64,000 nucleotides of DNA, from contig CM052817.1 of assembly GCA_028534125.1 (NCBI GenBank), forward strand, positions 14,448,001-14,512,000. The letters run 5' to 3'. Position 1 is the first letter of the stretch. Every line of letters starts with the position of its first letter. The position numbers and the translations under genes were made by a program. The notes beneath the pieces were generated by a model. It had not been told where the DNA came from. It did no database searches and saw nothing but the letters and a program-made list of their open reading frames with translations. Positions 38,447 through 52,639 of this stretch are shown here, piece by piece. This DNA is from Lama glama. Taxonomy: Eukaryota.

Positions 38447-38993
38447 CAACCTAAATGTCTGTCAACAGATGATTGGATAAAGAAGCTGCAGCATCCTTAC
38501 ACAATGGAATACTATTCAGCCACAAATAATAATAAAATAATGCCATTTGCAGCAACATGGATGGACCTAGAGACTGTCATTCTAAGTGAAGTAAGCCACA
38601 AAGAGAAAGAAAAATACCATATGATATCACTTATATATGGAATCTAAAAAAAAAAAGACAAACGAACTTATTTACAAAACAAAAACAGACTCACAGACAC
38701 AGAAAACAAACTTATGGTTTTGTTTGTGGGGAAACAGGGTGGGAAGGGATAAATTGGGAGTTTGAGATTTGCAGATACTAAGTAGTATATATAAAATAGA
38801 TAAACAACAAGTTCATATTGTATAGCACAGGAGACTATATTCAATATCTTGTAGTAACTTATGGTGAAAAAGAATATGGAAAACGAATATATATATGTTA
38901 CATATGGCTAAAGCATTATGCTGTACACCAGAAATTGACACATTGTAAATTGACTATATTTCAATAAAATATATATATACCAAAAAAAAAAAA
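38447..38993 (+). mobile_element. Young L1 3' end (same subfamily as 12656-13776)
   Basis: caacctaaatgtctgtcaacagatgattggataaagaag...tgctgtacaccagaaattgacacattgtaaattgactatatttcaataaaa + A tail; no clear TSD. Confidence 0.92.
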
Positions 38994-39117
38994 GAAGAAG
39001 AATACAGAGATGAAGGGAGCATTTTGAATGAAGATATTCCCAAATGTGGAAGTGAGGCATGTATGGAAACAAGTAGCCTGCCGGTTTGACAGCTCCATTG
39101 GGTATGTAGGTGCAAAG

Positions 39118-40495
39118 CACTGCTTCTCCAAGTGTGGTCTGTGAGAACTCTGGGAGCCCCCAAGACTCTCTCTTTCAAAGAATTCAGGAGGTGAAAACCA
39201 CATATCTCTTACACTGTGTTGGCATCTTTACTAATGGCGCAAAAGCAATGGTGGGGAAAACTGTTGATTACTTGGCAGAAATTAAGGCCACATCATCAAA
39301 CTGTATTAGCTAGTAATTCTATTCACTGTCATATACTCACAGGAAGAAAGAAAAAATAAAGAGCCAGTTACTCTAAGAATGTCCCTGAAGAATAGTTAAA
39401 ATTTCAAATTTTATTAAATCCTGGTCACTGAATACATGTCTTTTTAATCTTCCATTTGACAAAATGGAAAATATGCATAAAGTACTTCTGTGCATAGAAG
39501 TAACACAGTCGTCTCCAGGAAAAGAATCTGTGTGGTTGTTTGAGCTGCAAGCTGAAGTAGCTGCTTTTTAATTTATTTTTTAATCACAGAACACATTTTT
39601 CCTTGAAAAAAATGACTGACAGACAAACTACGATTATTCAGACTTTTTAGTATCTGGCAGATTCTGCCTTAAAATGAAGTGAGTCTGTGACTTCAAAGAA
39701 AACAACTGTTAACGATCATTGCAAAGATAAAACTTGAGCTTTCAAGTGAAAATCAGAGTATTTGGAACTTCTAGCTAATATCATAAGTTTGATCACTTCA
39801 CATTATATTCTGATGAAACTGGTTTTATATTCATGAGTGTATTTTTTTGTACTGTACAATGAAACATATACACATTTGAAAGCTCTTCCACGATTCGATG
39901 AATTGTTTTCCAAACGACCCATTCATGGATAAAAGATCTATTCAAAGTGCAAAACAGATGCATGGATTTTAAAATAACAGAATATGAAGAGGCAATTGAT
40001 ATGTTTTCCAATTGCATGATACAATTAGCCTTTACGAAAATACCACCTATCAAGTATCGGTGTAACATCAAATAATAACATCCAGCGTTTTCTGAAGAGG
40101 CTGTTAAAGTACTCTTCATTTTTCCAACTACATGTCTCTACAAGATACAATTTTCTTTATACACTTTAAACTTCAACCAAAATAATATATTGCAACAGAT
40201 TCAATACATAAGCCGTTATAAGAACCCAGCTGTCTTCTATTAAACCAGACATTAAAGAGATTTATAAAAAAAGGTAAACAACGCTGCTATTCTCATGAAA
40301 TTTGAAAAGTTATTTTTATAATATGTAATTTTGTTACCTTTATAGTAGGCTTATTACTTTAAATTAATAATTGAAGGTATTTTTAAAATTTCTCAATTTT
40401 ATCATCAAATATAGAAATTATTGATAGATCTGGCTATACTCAATGATTTTTCATAGTGTAAAGGGAACTGAGACCTCGAAGTTAGAGAATACAGG
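39118..40495. mobile_element. Charlie1-like hAT DNA transposon (internally deleted)
   Basis: cactgcttctccaagtgtggtc start, gcaaaagcaatggtggggaaaactg, tgagctgcaagctgaagtagctgc, agaacccagctgtcttctattaaaccagacattaaagaga, aagttagagaa end. Confidence 0.85.
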
Positions 40496-40829
40496 GGGTA
40501 AAAAAATGGCACAAACTTTTTCAATCATTCTATACAGAGAATACTTGCTATATGCCAGGCTCTATGGCAGACGCTTTGTTTATAGCAGAAAAAGAAAAAG
40601 AAAACCTAATCACTGCCCTCGTGAAGTCCATGGTCTGGTGAGATATGAAGATAATAATCTATCACAAAACTGAATCTACAATTACTACCAACTATCATGG
40701 CACAAAAAGGCTTTGAATAACATGTCTGGATAAGGAGAGAGCGGTAAAAAATACTATGTACAAATGCCTCTGGAAAGCAATAGGGAACTGCTGAAATTGG
40801 GTTTTTTAATTTGTTTATTTTTCAAGGAT

Positions 40830-42560
40830 ATATTCAACATTTAAAAAATATGTGTTTGTTTCATCTGAACATATATTTATTGTAAGTGGCACATGGCTGT
40901 TAATTTTATCCAGTAATATGCTCATTTTAAGTTGGAGAATCTGTCCACCTATATTTAATGCAATTACTGACAGAATGGATTTTAAATTTACCATCACCTG
41001 GCTTACTTTCCATTTGTCCCACCTGTTCTATCTTCCTTTTTTCTTTTTTTGTTCTAATATGAATTTATTATTTATACCATTTTTCCCCTCTATTGGCTTG
41101 AGTATCACACTCTTATTCAATACTTCAGTAATAACTCTAGATCAGGGTTTCTCAATCTGAGAACTATTGACAATTTGGACCAGATAATCCTTTGTTATGT
41201 GAGGCTTTCCTTTGCATCCTAAGATTTTAGAAGTGTCTCTGGCTTCGACCAATGGAAAGTTAGTCACATCCTTCCTGCTGTGAGAATAAAATATGTCTCT
41301 AGATATTGCCAAATGTTTCCTGGAGGACAAAATTACTCTTGGTTGAGAACTACTGCCCTTGACTCATCAAATTTTAATGTAAACAAGGACTTTTTCCTTT
41401 TTCGTGAACATGCAAAAGGACTTTCAACCTATACCCCTCCTCTCAATTTTTACAACATGCCTGTTGCTATTTTAATTCACTATGTATCTCAAACCCCATA
41501 GGAAGTTCTATTGTTTTATACCGTTTTATACCATCAATATTTATTTAGACTTACCCACATGGCACTTCTGATCTTCCTGCAACTCTGGGCTTCTAACCCT
41601 GGTCATTTTCTTTCTGCCTGTAGAATATTCTTACCTTCTCTGGGGTTATATACTGCTGATAAGTCCTCTCAGCTTTTGTTTGTCTGAACATTCCTTTTTA
41701 CACTGTTATTTTTGCAGAATATTTCCACCAAGGACAGAACTGTAGGTTGTTTGTTTTAACAATTCGAAGTTTCATTTCATTCACTGTCTTCATCAGTTGC
41801 TTCTATTGAGAAATCTGCTGTTGGTCTAATTGTTGCTCTTTGAAGGTAAAATTATTTTCTTATAGATGCTCTGAAGACTTCCTTAAATTTTTGGTTTTCA
41901 GCAATTTGTGATACGCTTCAGTGTGGCTTTCTTTATTTTCATCTAGCGTAAGATTCATAGTACCTCTTGAATCTGTGGCTTGAAATCTGTTGTCAATTTG
42001 GAAACATTCTCAGCCATTTTATCTTCAAATATTATTCAGCTTCATAGCTCTCCCCTCTCCTTCTGAGGCTCCAATTACATGTACTAAGATATTGTCACTG
42101 AATCTCATGTGTTTTTATATTTTGTGTCGGATGTTTTCTATCACACTGTCTCCCCTTGCTGTATTCTGTATGTTTTTTTTTTCCTGAACCAATTTCTGTT
42201 TTTGTATTTCACTAATTCTCTTTCTGAGTCTAATCTTATCCATCTAGTTTTTTCTGTCAAAAAGTCCATTTGTTCAATGTTTAATACAGTTGTTGTATCT
42301 TTCAGTTGTATAATTCTCACTTGGTACTTATATAAAATACATTCCAGATCTAATAAACTCCTAATTTTAGCTTATTTCTAGAACATATTAAGCATAGTTA
42401 TTTAAAATTCCATAACTAAGGAATCCATAATCTAGATTATCAGTAAATCTATTTATATCATGTAATGCTTATTTTGGTCTTTAATCAGATGGCCTTGTTC
42501 CTCATATGCCTCTATAATATTTTTAGGGTTCCAAACACTGCATATAAAACATTTCTGGGA
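40830..42560 (-). mobile_element. Ancient L1/HAL1-like ORF1-region remnant, interrupted by MER20
   Basis: ttctattgagaaatctgctgttggtctaattgttgctctttgaagg; tcaatttggaaacattctcagccattttatcttcaaatatt; tctccttctgaggctccaattacatg. Confidence 0.7.
41143..41355. mobile_element. MER20 hAT MITE
   Basis: cagggtttctcaatctga...aaaatatgtctctagatattgccaaatgtttcctgg...ggttgagaactactg. Confidence 0.85.
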
Positions 42561-43689
42561 TGACTTGAGGCTTTACATAATACTACCTTCTTCCACATTT
42601 GGGCTGAGTAATTCTTCACTGCTTTGGTAGCTTTCTGATTCTTTCAAACAATTGTTTTTGGTACAACTGTTCTTTTCCGACTTTCTGAAGTAAAAGACAA
42701 GTTATCCTTCTTTCTTTTAATCCTTTATAAATGATACATGGTCCAACATTGTGGTAACATAACGTGGTCCATTGTGCATTGTTAGGATGCAGCTCATGGC
42801 AAGTGTGAATCGTTACACAATTTCAAGAACCACCCTATCTGGTCTATATCATGTTCAACAAGATTAATCCACTGAGTTGCACTTGGATGTTGCAAAAATA
42901 TTTAATTGCTATAAAAGTTTCTAAATACTTCAATTTCTGCCTTGGTTTCTTGCACATTTGTGGTGGTTGTGGGGGGGGGCACAGTTTAATGACAGTATTA
43001 CAGACCACATTTAGAGATACACTATTCCAAGTGACAGTAAAGGAAATGCTACAGTTAAAAGAAGAGATCTAAAAATAAAATAAGCAAGACCTACTTTGTC
43101 TTGAGTTTAAAAAAAAAAAGTCTATGTTTCAAACTAAATTTCCATGATTCAAATAAATAAGTGGGCTAATCTTTAAAGCTTTTGCTCTAAAAAGATTCAG
43201 CAAACATTTGCTCAACTTTCCCAGTGGTAAAGGGAACACTATGCCTTGAGGATTATCTAAAGCTAACCAGATAATGCCATCTGCATATGTACTAACACCT
43301 CATTAATTCAGAATCTGTGATAATTTGGCCAAGTAAATTAATAGTGGGAGAAGAAAAGCAGTGAAGTGTTTAAAGCCACTCAAAGAACTACATTTTCAGT
43401 CATTCTCAAATACTTTAGAAGCATCCTTTTTCTTACAAGAATAAAGGACATGCTAATTACAAACTCATTCCATGTACTCTTTACAGCAATTAGCCTCAAA
43501 GAAGTGGAAGCAATGTTTAGTGAATTTGTTCTGTTATACACCCACGCTAAATTTACTTAAAAGAAACAGAAAGAAACTTTTAAAACGTGTTTCTATGAAT
43601 TCAGCCAAAATTTCCACTCCCAGTTAGTCCAAATTAGGAGCTTTAACTAGAACATTAATATGTAAAGTATAAAGGTTTTTAGTAGAGCA

Positions 43690-44235
43690 TCTGGAACATC
43701 TGTTGCTTTTGTATGACCAGCATCCATTCCTCTTTTTGGTAATACAAACCCAATTTTTCTTAGGACCTTCCTGAAGTCCAAGTGATTTGGATGGTTTGAA
43801 CCTTATTACTGAATCCAGGGGTAATGTGTGAGCCAGGCATGGCTAATCAAAGATTGCCTTCTCTCTGACTGCAGTCGCTGGTTCAAAGATTACCATGTGA
43901 TCCATGCTGGGCCAAGGAAAGACACATCCATAACCTTGGCTAACACTCTTAGGGAAGAAATATTTTTCTGCAGACATTTACAAAGTAAGAGGCTGTAAAA
44001 CCTGAGGCTGTACATGAGCAAATTTCAACCACCTATAGACAAAGAGCAGCTGAAAATTATCAAGTAAAAGAGGAAATGAATGCCAAGGGAAGGAAAGAGA
44101 CCATCCCTAATGCTTACTGAGAGCCTGGCTCCAGCCAGACCCTTAACTAAATTTGCACTGTTTGTTGTAACGAGTCAATATAATTAGTCTATGTTATTGT
44201 TAAAATCAATTGATTCATTCACATACAAGAGTTTT
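43690..44235 (+). mobile_element. Old ERVL-type LTR (LTR16-like)
   Basis: ccaggcatggctaatca, ggttcaaagattaccatgtgatccatgctgggccaa, gagcctggctccagcc. Confidence 0.5.
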
Positions 44236-44789
44236 GACTACTTTCACTGCTTTGTTATGTGCAGCAGGTGCTGGGAATAAAAAGAAGTTCAGGAGGTAAA
44301 ACCCATCACAAGGAAATTATAATATTGTTGGATGGAAAAGGTATTAGTTGTCAACTCCTTAAAGGCAAGAACTTGTGTCATTTTATATTATCCTGAGTGT
44401 CCAGTAAAGCAGGCATTCAAAAATACTATTTGAATGAGTGAATGCATGCATGAATGCATTTGTATTTATACTTTTTCATTCATTCAACAAACATGTACTG
44501 TGGACCCTTTGTGTGTCAGGCACTATTCTAGGAGCTAAGGAGACAACACTAAGCTAGACAAAGCTCCTTGCTCAACGATTTTCAATTCTAGCTTATATAA
44601 ATATTTTAAAGTTCTGAAACCCTTCTTCCGGCAGTTTCTAACTTTCATCCATTATTCATTCGTTTTTGTTGTCCTCAGCATTTAATCACTATCTAAATTG
44701 CTATGAATTTTGTTTATTTACCCTGTTTCTGTTAGACATCCTCCATTAACATGCAAGCTCCTTCGCTTGCTTTGACTTGTGTGGATTTT

Positions 44790-45395
44790 GTGTGGCTAAA
44801 GCCCTGGAGAATGGAAGGCAGTGTATCTTTATGGTTCACTTTACATTCCCAATACTAAGACATGGACCAAATGTCAAGGTCTTGCCGGGAAAGAGCACAA
44901 AACTGGCTATTTATGACAAAGTTCACAAAGGAACAATTTATAAAAATGGAGGCAGAATGGAAGGTAAAAAAGCAGAGTGAATACAACAAAGCACCAGTAC
45001 CAAACTCCAGCTGGAATGTGTGCAAGGAGGGGACAGGGACCAATGCCAGAACCCAGAGATAAGAGCTGAAACTGCAGAAGGCTGCTCAATGAGAGCTGTG
45101 GCCACAGCGCAGCCCCACACGGAGAAAGCCTGAGGTCAAAAGCCAACCCCTTCCTCACTTTTTTCGCTCTCTCCCATCTAGAACTGGTTCCCGCTATGGA
45201 CCAAACCCAACTGGAAGCCATATTTCAAGGGAGACCATTGATACCTGCAGCCCTGTGAAACGAGCCCAGGCAAGAAGAGCAGAAAATCTACCCGCCTGAA
45301 CCCAGCTTAAAACGCAGAACTGTAAGCAAATAAAATCATTGTGATTTTAAGCCATTCATTTTAGGGCAGCTTATTATGCAGCAAGAGATAACCAA
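44790..45395. mobile_element. Old LTR fragments; MLT1-like 3' end at ~45255-45395
   Basis: cagaactgtaagcaaataaaatcattgtgattttaagccattcattttagggcagcttattatgcagcaagagataac. Confidence 0.55.
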
Positions 45396-46844
45396 AGTGA
45401 TATATAATAATAAGATCAATTCATTTTTAGCCATAGTTTAAGCTGTACACATTCAGAGGTCTTAGCTAATGTGATCAGCTTAGCATTTACTTAATATTTG
45501 AGGGAATTTTGCCAACTTTTTAAGAACAGTCTTTAAGAGGATTGAAGATATATGGTACCCTTTTAACCTGTAGCAGGAACTAATTTCTAAACTAATGTGC
45601 ATGCTTAGAAAAAAAAAAGTTTAAAAGTTTACATCCTGCCCACACAGTAGAGACTGATGCAGACCCAGAGTCCTGCAGAAAATTTTAAAGAAAATTTTGC
45701 AGACAAATCAAAATTTAAACACTCTATCAGGGTGAAGAAAAGGCAGTTATTTCTTTTCATTGATCTTCCTCATGAGTCCCACTGCAGTATTAGGAGGAAA
45801 TAAAACTTTAATTTTAATTCAGTCAGGATATAATAGAATAATTTAAAATGTCTCTGATCTCTTTAAAATGACTTTCTTTTCCCCAGATTTGGCCCCTTTT
45901 CCAGATACTTCTCTGTAAGATGACATTTGCATGTAACCCACAAGGCTTTTTAAAATCTCATCTTAATTTTCCTAATTAAATAAATGGCAAAAATTGGGGT
46001 CCCCTAGTGCCTTGGTGGCCCCTCGTTGCACTGCTGGGGTTTACATGATCTGAGCCTCTTTGTAGATGGACTGTTGGCATTTGCGGCTCAAGTCTGCAGT
46101 TCACGGGCCTCTTGGTTATTCTTGTTCAGCCTGGTCAGGTCCTGGGGATCCCTGCTGCTGATTCAGCTTCATCTTCATTCTCATTGGTCCTGCAGACCCC
46201 CAAGGATCAGTATCCCTGACATTTTCACCCAGACTCAGGTGGTCCTCCTGCAGTGTTGGCTTTGCTTAAGGGGTCACCCTTCTAATAATCAGTTTCATCA
46301 AGCTTTCAGCAGCCTCAACGTGACCCTTAGGGGAGTCTGTGGGAACTTCAGGGTTCCTTCTATGATTTGATAACATTAAGTTAGCCTGTCCCACTCTAAC
46401 TGTGTGGTTTCCTCGGGGTACTGCAAAGGGATCCTAACATTTGTCTCCCAAAGTTTCTACCTAGAGGCTGGGCAAATTTCCACCACAATTAGCTTTACCC
46501 ACGTCTTATCTGACCTACCCCCTCATCTCTGACTTCTGTCCAAAGAGAGACTAAGACACAAGTGGCTCAACTCTGCTTCTCTCAACTTGCCTCCTTCATC
46601 TTCCATAGCCTCCCAGAAAGGCAAGAATCCAGTTTCCCTCTTCCTTCTTTATGGCCAGGAGAGCTTCCTATGTGGTAACTTAGGTCTCACTCTCTTTTTC
46701 TAAGGACATAATGTCAGACAAGGTGCAGGAATAGAGAAATGGGCATAATGGAAATAGAGAAATGTTCCAATGTTCCAATCAGAACAAAATTGAGAGAACG
46801 CTTCAAAATATGCTCTTTCAATTTATATTTCAATAAGCAGATGT

Positions 46845-47260
46845 CAGAAGAGCCTAGCTGCCAAGAGCTTGAGTTTCTGACCCAAACTGCCTAGGATCGA
46901 AGCTCTCTGGTCTCATTCTTAGCTGTGTGACTCTGGGCCAGTTTCTGACTTCTACACATCTGTTTCCTCATCCATAAAATGGAAATAATATTACCTACCT
47001 CATGGTGTTGTGGGAAATGAGTTAGTTTAGGGGGGAGCGTATAGCTCAAGTGGTAGAGCACATGCTTAGCATACACAAGGTCATGGGTTCAATCCCCAGT
47101 ACCTCCTCTAAAAATAAATAAGTAAACTTAATCACCTCCCCCTACAAAAAAATAAAAATAAAAATAAATAAAAATTTAAAAATTAAAAAAAAATTAGATG
47201 TCAATTAAAAAAAAAGAGTTAGTTTACGTAAAGTATTTGGAAATAAGTCTAATGCTTTAT
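46845..47260 (+). mobile_element. MIR SINE split by a Vic-1-like SINE
   Basis: cttagctgtgtgactctgggccag...tttcctcatccataaaatgg...ttacctacctcat, resuming cgtaaagtatttggaa after the insertion. Confidence 0.8.
47030..47215 (+). mobile_element. tRNA-derived SINE (camelid Vic-1-like)
   Basis: ggggagcgtatagctcaagtggtagagcacatgcttagcatacacaaggtcatgggttcaatccccagtacc; long A-rich tail; TSD gagttagttta at 47019-47029 and 47216-47226. Confidence 0.92.
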
Positions 47261-49914
47261 CAACTCTCCTTAATCGTTGTAGAATGACTGACTGTGAGTT
47301 CATAAGAGATCTCTCCCTAAATTAAGGTGAAAGAGTGAATAGTTTGAAGCGATAATAATATTTCAGACACTATTTCTGCCATTCTCCTATATGAGTTGTT
47401 ATGGGAGCTTCGGAGAGACTGAGTTATTTGTTTTTTAGTTTTATTTCCCAGGTTTTGACCTTCCAGCTCACTGGGGTTTGAAATGAATCTGCAGGAAGCT
47501 TTATTATTTGCTCTGACTCAGTGCAGGATAATTGTTATTTAAATAGGACCGTAGGTGTGTGCTGGGAGATGCTAGGTGAAACACCAAGGAATCAAAAGAG
47601 AACAAATAACCCTGTCCTTGAATTGCTGACTGTTCTATTATGGGAGACATAGGGAAAACAGGCTAGAAATGAGTCAGTTCCAAGAGGCAAGTAGCCATTT
47701 ACAATTTCACTGGGCAGATGCAGTTCCATCCAAAAGAGAATCCACCATTTAATCTGAAACCAGACGATAATATATTGGACTGGGGGCTCCCCATTGCTTC
47801 CAGCTAAATAAGCAATGCAGGACTCAACTAAGCAATACTCCAGTGGTAGAAAAAATAATAATACTATAAATCTCTGAGTATCTAATATAATTATAGAACC
47901 AGGGCACGATGTGCTTAAATGTAGGCACTGGAGTGAAAGAAGCTCAGACGCTGTGTGAGATTTGTGCTGCTTGTGACACCTCTGTTGGTTACAGGTTGCC
48001 ACTATGGTCCAGCTTGGGTACCACATGCCCAAGCAGACCCACCTTGGCCCTTTGTGAAGGTTGCTTAGCAGAGTGAATTAAAGCAGCATCTTTGCAGGAT
48101 CCATTTCCATCTTGCAGCCTCATGCTCTTACAGAGCAATTCTCAAGGATTAACCACTCTGCAGATTCCTATAAAGACTAATTTAATTGTTTTCTTTCCAA
48201 TTTAGGAAAACGTAGCTAGTATCCTTTAAATTTCTTTTTTTAAATAAATCATTAGACTAGCTCTTTCTCAATGTTATGTCTATTTATTTCCTTTTAGTAA
48301 ATATCTTCATCTCAGTATAGTGTCAAGAAGTGAGATAAAATAAAACAAAACCCACAAAATCATGTGTCAGTGAACTGATCCAAGAGAGCATCACATAACT
48401 ATCTCCATTTTACAGATGATGAAACTAAGGCCAAAAAAATGATGCTATTGTAATCTACACTTAAATTACTTGTAATTTTTTTCTTTCTCATTAAAATTCA
48501 ACATTATTTCATCATAGATATGAAGAAACAAAATAGAGAAAATATTCAGGAGGCAAAAGTATTTATATTTTATTATATAGTCCAATGTCTACATTTTTAT
48601 GATTTCATTCTTACTACAGTGTTTCTGGAAGATGCTTGCCTTTTCTGGAGAGTTATTTTTCAGTGTATGTTGATTTAAGATGTTTACAATTCTGATTACT
48701 TGTTATGGCATCTTTTTAAAGTAGTTTTATTCACACAGGTCAATGTACAACTGAGACAAAAAAGGGAAAATGATCTGCTGGTCTATCATAACAATAAAAG
48801 AAGATTTAAATTAGGTGTGTGGCAAAATGCTTAGAAACTGAGTTGGAAAATCAGTTCAATTCATTCACCTATTAATAAAAAGAAATAGTTTTTGAGAAGG
48901 AATAGCTTGGAGCAACAGAAAATACAGAAAGAGTCCCTATTTGGTTTGTTTTTCCTTATGAAGTAATAACCGTATATGCAACCAAGAGAGAGAACTATAA
49001 AAAATAAAGACAAGGAAAAATAGCCTGATTTACTTAAGGGTAGATTCATTCTAATGCATGGGAAAGAGGAGAGTTGTGATAGTTTCATAAGCAGAAATTA
49101 ATAATACTAGAAGAGCTATCTATCATCATAACAACAAATCAGGGGTAGGCACTGGCTTTGGAAAATATTAGGAATTTTTCTTCCTGTTGGGCATATATCC
49201 AAGAGAATGGAAGATCCTTCTAAATAAAATGGAATCAGAAATAAAGAAATTGTAGATTATGTACAAAATGATTTTCAGTCCTACTGCATTTAAACAAATG
49301 GGTTCAGAATGTTAATGGTTTTTGTTTTACTTACATGTTTATTCCTCATGGAATCCGTCTATATAGTACCCATACTACGTACTTCCTGGAATGCCTACTT
49401 TTCCTAAATTCAATTTGATTAAAAAATATATTTTATGTACCAGACAGTCACATTGTGAAGTGGGAATATAAGATGAATAAGACTTGCTTCCAACCTTCAA
49501 TATACTTTCCCCACTTTGAACTTTGACGGTCCTTGAATCCCACCTCAAGTTCAGTATCTTTCATGAAGCCATTTAAACTATTCTACCATACTGTGCATCT
49601 CTCAGCTGAAATCCTATTTGTCCATATAGACTAGCATTTACTTTTTCTGTGATTTTTTTCAGATCCATTTACTTGTTCATTTATTCAGTGAATAATGATC
49701 ACTTAATATCTACCACCATGTTTTAAAAGACTGGAGACACAACAGTGAAAAAGATTGACTAGGACCCTACTATTGAGGTGCTTGCATTCTATATAAAAGT
49801 AAGGTAACAAATAATAAAATTTGAACAACTTATAGAAACTATGAAACAAAGTCATGAGATTGAGTAATGGAAGGGCAGATAATTTAAGTAAAGATAAGTA
49901 ACACTCAGAGAGCA

Positions 49915-50117
49915 CTTATTTATTAAGTCAACCGCAATTGTTCTCCTAATAAAGACACTTGTTAATGGATTTAGAGCCTAACCTAATCCAGGATAATCCC
50001 ATCTCAAGATTTTAACCTAATTATACTTGCAAAGACCCTTTTCCCAAATCAAGTCACATTTCATAGGTTCCTGATAGACAGTATCTTTCACTGAGGGCCA
50101 CCGTTCAATCCCCTACA
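49915..50117 (-). mobile_element. MLT1 LTR fragment
   Basis: taatccaggataatcccatctcaagattttaacctaattatacttgcaaagacccttttcccaaatcaagtcacatt. Confidence 0.8.
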
Positions 50118-50399
50118 AGTCTTCAACCAAGCTTCTGAAGTATCATTGTCATCTTCTGACAGGTATAGACACTCCAGTACAGAAAGAGTAGATAATTGCT
50201 GTGGGCACTGGGCTAGTATGTGGTGGAGCCGGGGTTTGCAGTGCAATGCTGGCTTCATGGTCAGTGTGCTTAACTCCTCTTCATCTATATGGCGTCAGGT
50301 CAGCATTCTCGGGGTGGTATTTGCACTGAGATCTGGATAATGAGAGAGAGCATCCAGGTAGCAGGAACTACAGTGGCAGGAAGAGTAGTTCCGTCTTCT

Positions 50400-50941
50400 C
50401 AGTCAGATGGTATCGAAGGTTTAAAACATGTAGGGAATTCCTCCTCTGTAGCTGGGCGTCTATGCACCTCCCCTTGGATTTTGATGGCCTTCTGGCTGTA
50501 ACTGACTGAGAGAGTTGCGTGGAAGTAACCCCGGGTGACCTCTGAGGCTGGGTCATAAAAGGGGCTGCAGCTCCCACCTTGTTTGCTGGCTCAGGCTTGG
50601 AGCCCTGAGCCACCATGTGAGAAGGCCGGCTACCCTGAGGCCGCCGTGCTATGGGAGAGCTAAGCATGTGCTGCCTCCAGTCCGCAGTAGCAGTCTTCAA
50701 GTCCTCCCAGCCAGGATGACTGAACAAGCCTTCACATGATTTCAGTAACCATCTGTGGAGTTACTTTCACATTATGCATCCTCCCAGATGGGCCAAGATG
50801 TGACATGGCACAAACAAGCCATGGTGTTGTGTCATGTTAAAATTCTTGGCCCATGGAATTTGTGAGCACAATAAAATGGCTGCTGTTGACTGCGACTAAA
50901 TTTGGGATGCTTTGCTATATAGCAAGTAGTTACCAAATATA
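50400..50941 (+). mobile_element. MaLR LTR (MLT1G/H-like)
   Basis: ctgaggctgggtcataaaagg, ggagccctgagccaccatgtgagaag, aataaaatggctgctgttg..tttgggatgctttgctatatagcaag. Confidence 0.8.
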
Positions 50942-51774
50942 GCTCTGCTATTTCGTCTACTGAGTTTCCTAAGTCACATCCCACAGGGCTAAACACAACA
51001 CAGGTGTAGTGTGGTACAGTGGAGAAAAAAAGGAAGAAACATATTTATCAGCAGTTGGTCAGGAGACTAGAGATCATTTTAGCTATTTTAAGGAGGAAGA
51101 GAATTAAGACAGTAAATTAAATGCTTACCAACTTTTGGAAGAACTGAAAGGAAAGGTCAAGAAGCTCACTGCTGAGTTTTAGGAACTCAGAAAGGACAGG
51201 AAAGCAGGGAAGTTGACACCAATGAACTCCACTGCCTGCAGCATGGAAGCAGGTGTTTTGCACGAGTTCACCAGGAAGCCACTGCAAATTTTATGTCTGC
51301 TGCCTGGCCATGCGTCTGCCAGGAGCTGCTGCCAGAGAATAATGGTTTATCTTTCCATCTCGCCTTCCAAATCTATTCTATAAACTAGACCCTGCATCTG
51401 AGGGAGGGTTTAAATGGGCAGGAATGGCCCTGAGATCTAACAATCCAACAACATATGGGCATTTTCTGCCTCTTTGGATACTCAGTATCCGTATATAACC
51501 TTAAACATATATTTAAACTTCAAAGCTGTAAGACAACATCTTTCTTCTGGCTGAAGATGATCCAATTATCCCTCATATGAATAATGGCATGTCCATCCTC
51601 TCACAAAACCAGGAAACTCAAAGCCTTATCAGTAACTGTATCCATCTATGGATGATAATATTCATTCCCCTTGTAGCTCAATTACAGTCCCCCTCTTTAA
51701 TTTAAAGGCTACATTTTAAGGTAACTGCCACCGACACCCTTAATACAATGAGGAGGGAAAGAAAGAAATTGTTA

Positions 51775-51840
51775 AGAAGAGGGAGGGAGGGAGGAAGAAA
51801 AAGAAGGGAAGGAAGGAAGGAAGGGAAGGATGGAAGGAAA
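51775..51840. repeat. GGAA/GGGA polypurine simple repeat
   Basis: Directly visible. Confidence 0.9.
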
Positions 51841-52639
51841 TACATAGCTATTACAGTCCTCCCTATATGCTCAGCCAAATCCCAGCTGGTAATGGTTCTT
51901 TATTTGCTAGAATAACCCAAACCTCCATTCCTGAGGGAATGAATATTAGTGGCCTTGACTGTACTGAGTTGTTTTAGTCTTCCATTAACTTTGATTTCTA
52001 GACATTGAAGTATGAAGAGGGGAGTCCCATAAAATTCCCTGGACTCCAAAAATCTACTCCCAACCCTGCTGTGTCACAGCAACTTTATTTGTCCTTGTTG
52101 ATCATGATTAATCACCCCAGACAATACATACAGTAGCTCCCTTTAACTGTCAGTTCACTGGCATGAATAACCCAAGTGTCTAGCTGACATCCATAACGTC
52201 TAGCCAATGTAACCCTTAGTGTGTACCTGCTAGATACTTTCCCCTTTAGAAACTAAGACCTCAAAACTAGTAGATCCAAGCACTGCAGGGATGGGAACCA
52301 CAACTATACAGGTAGACCATTACGAAGAAGAAGAAGGAGACATTTCCTTCCCACTCTTGTAATTCCAAGACCTTTATATTCCAGATATGGCAGAATCATA
52401 AACTAGTCAGAAGCTCCAAGCATATATCTCTTTGGATTCGAGAGATCCTAGTCTGTAAGGTGGTGTCATCCATTTCAATACCCCATTCCAACAATCAACA
52501 TGCTTAGTTGCTTCTGGATGACTGGGTATATGGAAAGCCAGTGAATTCCAAAGATATGAGCCAATGCCCCATTTTGTAAGCTGTAAAACATAGGAATGTG
52601 TGAGACATTATGATAGTAATGAGGCATTCCATACCCACA

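Noticed and set aside
39118..40495. Possible domesticated hAT transposase
   Set aside because: No long ORF; a decayed, internally deleted Charlie copy
47031..47103. tRNA-Ala-like sequence (also 14090-14160)
   Set aside because: Has a SINE tail, poly-A and TSDs, so it is a SINE head and not a tRNA gene
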